Assembly: GCA_964016885.1 (NCBI GenBank)
Contig: OZ024743.1
Location: forward strand, 370,636,001-370,700,000
Source of the DNA: Eledone cirrhosa
Lineage: Eukaryota
Length of the DNA: 64,000 nt
Reading direction: 5' to 3'
In this document: piece after piece, positions 61,320-64,000 of the stretch
Layout: the number at the start of each line of letters is the position of its first letter
How positions within the stretch are numbered: position 1 is the first letter of the stretch
Made by a program: the position numbers and the translations under genes
Notes under the pieces: generated by a model
The model's database searches: none
Told to the model about the DNA's origin: nothing
What the model saw: only the letters and a program-made list of their open reading frames with translations

Positions 61320-64000
61320 GGCGACCTACGTAGTAAATCGTATCATCGTGAGCTCCGCAAAGGTTTGTTATTTCCGTTTGTTAAAAATGGCTATTTATGG
61401 AAAATTTTTATTGTTAACTATATATAAGCGCACATACATTGTTTTCCGAAAAGGACACCCAAAAAGATTGGGGCCTTGTGCCCAAAATTTAAACTTTTAT
61501 GATTATCAAAAAATTTCTTTGAAAAAAAATGGCTAATTCACCACTGCATCAAGCAGCTGAAAGCCTTTCTCACAAATTAACACCTCACACCGACACCACC
61601 ATTGTAAATGTTACTACTTTTGCCAACACTAAAAAAAATATAAGCAGTAGCAATATTTTAAATTTGTCTCAGGCAGACATTCATTTCCCGCCATTACCAA
61701 TGACTGCAGGTGTTAAAGCCTCCACCACCACCACCACCGCGACAACCACCACCCCCACCACCACCGCGACAACAGAAACAAAAGAAGAAAAAAATAAATT
61801 AACTCGTGATGTCGAAATGAAATCAAGCAAAATGGACTCTTCCCCACCAAAGACGACTGACGTCACCACAACCACAACTGAAACTAAAATTAATAATAAC
61901 AAAAATAACGATAGCAACAACAACAACAATGACATTAAAAAAACCACCCTGAGTTTTGCCAGAGTAGCAAAACAGTTCGAAGCATTTACGGTAACTCGGG
62001 TGGATTTAGAAAATGCCAAACAAATGGTAATGAAAGATGGGTACAGGGTCAGCCCCCCCCCCCCCCCACCTCCACCTAATAAAATGGAGCATCGGCGCCT
62101 ATGCACCGTGTCGTATCGAACAATAAATGTAAAATCGCGCCGAGTGGAACGGGCATCCGAGTCCCAAATCCAAAAAGCTTTGGGACATGTGTGGGCAAGA
62201 AAAACCCACATCAGACGTGGGCAGAAGTATGGAACCGTGGACGTGTTCTTTGAAACACCAGAGGAGGCTAGAGAACACTCCATGGCCCCATTAAGAAGTG
62301 ACGACTTCACACTCATCCCAAGCTATTGTGGCCAGAGACTCGTAAAGATCAGGGTGACCCACGTTCCACCGGCCATCGAAATTCCCAGGCTAATAGCGGC
62401 CGTCCTCGCCGGCATCGAAGCCAACACAAAGATAATAGCAATAGCAAAAGAAAAGCAGGAGAACTGGTCCGGATCTGGGATGGAGCTCCTGATCCAAGCG
62501 GACCAAAAAAGCATTGAGGAGATCCCAGAGGTAATAGACCTCACTGACGGCAGCCATCTCACCGTAATTGTCGAGGGCAGAAGGCCTAGGTGTGTCGTTT
62601 GTGGTGAAGGAACCCACCTAAGGGCTTTCTGCCCTCAGGCTAAAAGGTTGAGGCCACCTCTCCTACCCACCCCAGTGACACAACCATCAACACCACCAGT
62701 AGCAGAGATGGCAGCAACAACAGAAGCAACTATAACAGCAACAACCCCAGCAACAGTAGCAAAACCAACACCACCACCACCAGCAAAACCAACACCACCA
62801 CCACCCAACGCTTCAGAACTAGCACCAGCGCCTACACCCTCCACCACGCCACAACCAAAACTAACGCCTGTGGAGGATTTTCCACTCCCCGGCTTATCGC
62901 AACTGGAGACAGATTGTGACGACGAGGAGTGGGAAACAGCATCAGAAAAAAAGAAAAAGAAACCAAAAAAGAAAAAATTATCTTCCTCCCCCCTCCAAAA
63001 ACAAATTATAGAGGGAAACAAATAAATTAACAAACAAAAAAGTTAGGACAGATATGCCACCATCTACACCAGCATCACCAACCCCATCAACCCAAATGCC
63101 AACACCATCACCATCATTAACCCCAACACCACCATCACCTACACCACAAAAGTCACCAAAATGCGAAACAGAAACAGACCCACAACAAACGCAAACAAAA
63201 CAAAACAACCAAAACGATACACACTACACAGCATTAAATTTGAACAACAAGCAATTATTACACTACATCCAACACAACACCAGCATCACAGAAAAAGACT
63301 ACACAACAACCCAAAAATTCACACCACCTCCACACATACAAATCACTCGCATCACACAGAAAACGTACATGACACTAAAACAAAAATTCCCCAAAGACAT
63401 CGGAGCATTCCGACAAGCACTCTCCAGGAGGATTTATAAGGACATCCTTCATGAGGAGGCCACAAGCAGTGAAAAGGATGGAAAAACCGTCCTTCCCCTA
63501 CGAGAAGTAAGGTAAGTGGTCTTTCCCATCTTTTCCACTCCTTTTCAACATGACCTCACTCAGAATAGGCAGCATAAATGCGCGTGGCTTGGGGTCGTCA
63601 TGGAAGCAGGGCCACCTGCTCAACGACCTCAGGTCACTAAACATAGATGTAGTGGCCATCAGCGAGACCATAATCTCCGAAGCACGGGCCTTCGCACCGA
63701 TCTTCGGCGGCTACGATGTGTACGCATCTCCCAGCCGTCCTGGATCGGGGGGAGGAGTTGCTGTGCTTTTTCGGAGAGGTTTGGATCTTGCCATACGGAC
63801 CATCTTCCTGGACCCAGAAGGTAAGTTGGTGGTGCTGGACGTGACCAGCGGAGACGGGCAAGCTTTCAGGTTAGTGGCCGTGTATGCCCCGACAGGAGCA
63901 GGGCGGCCTGATTTCTTCCGGCGTCTGGAGACCTTTCTTGGAACGTCCCGCTCTTTAGTGTTAGTGGGCGACTGGAACGGGATCTTAGATGCACGCTGGG
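61320..64000 (+). mobile_element. L1/Tx1 family B copy running off the window end
   Basis: Starts directly after (ATT)19; ORF1 at 61529-63025 and 63054-63515; ORF2 ATG at 63550, APE open to the edge. Confidence 0.92.

Overview
This is eukaryotic, AT-rich, microsatellite-dense genomic DNA. The repeat families suggest a coleoid cephalopod such as Octopus, which is an inference. Almost all of it is transposon-derived. The only host gene I can support is the last three exons of an S1 serine protease (20979-24447). The left 30 kb holds decayed RTE LINEs, a Helitron remnant, two Penelope-like elements, five hammerhead ribozyme motifs, a ~87-bp satellite, tRNA-derived SINEs, a MITE, a mariner remnant and an R4/Dong-like LINE. 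The right 33 kb is a cluster of L1/Tx1-clade LINEs (four ORF1 types, here called A-D) and R4/Dong-like LINEs, mostly joined through (ATT)n/(TAA)n tracts. The most notable signal is that all six L1/Tx1 ORF1-ORF2 junctions carry a 5' splice-site consensus at the ORF1 stop, 38-41 nt before the ORF2 ATG. It is kept even though its phase relative to the stop differs between families. A 52-60-nt splice would fuse ORF1 to ORF2 in frame; alternatively the donor could excise ORF2. No element here has a fully intact ORF2, and nothing has been checked against databases or RNA data.
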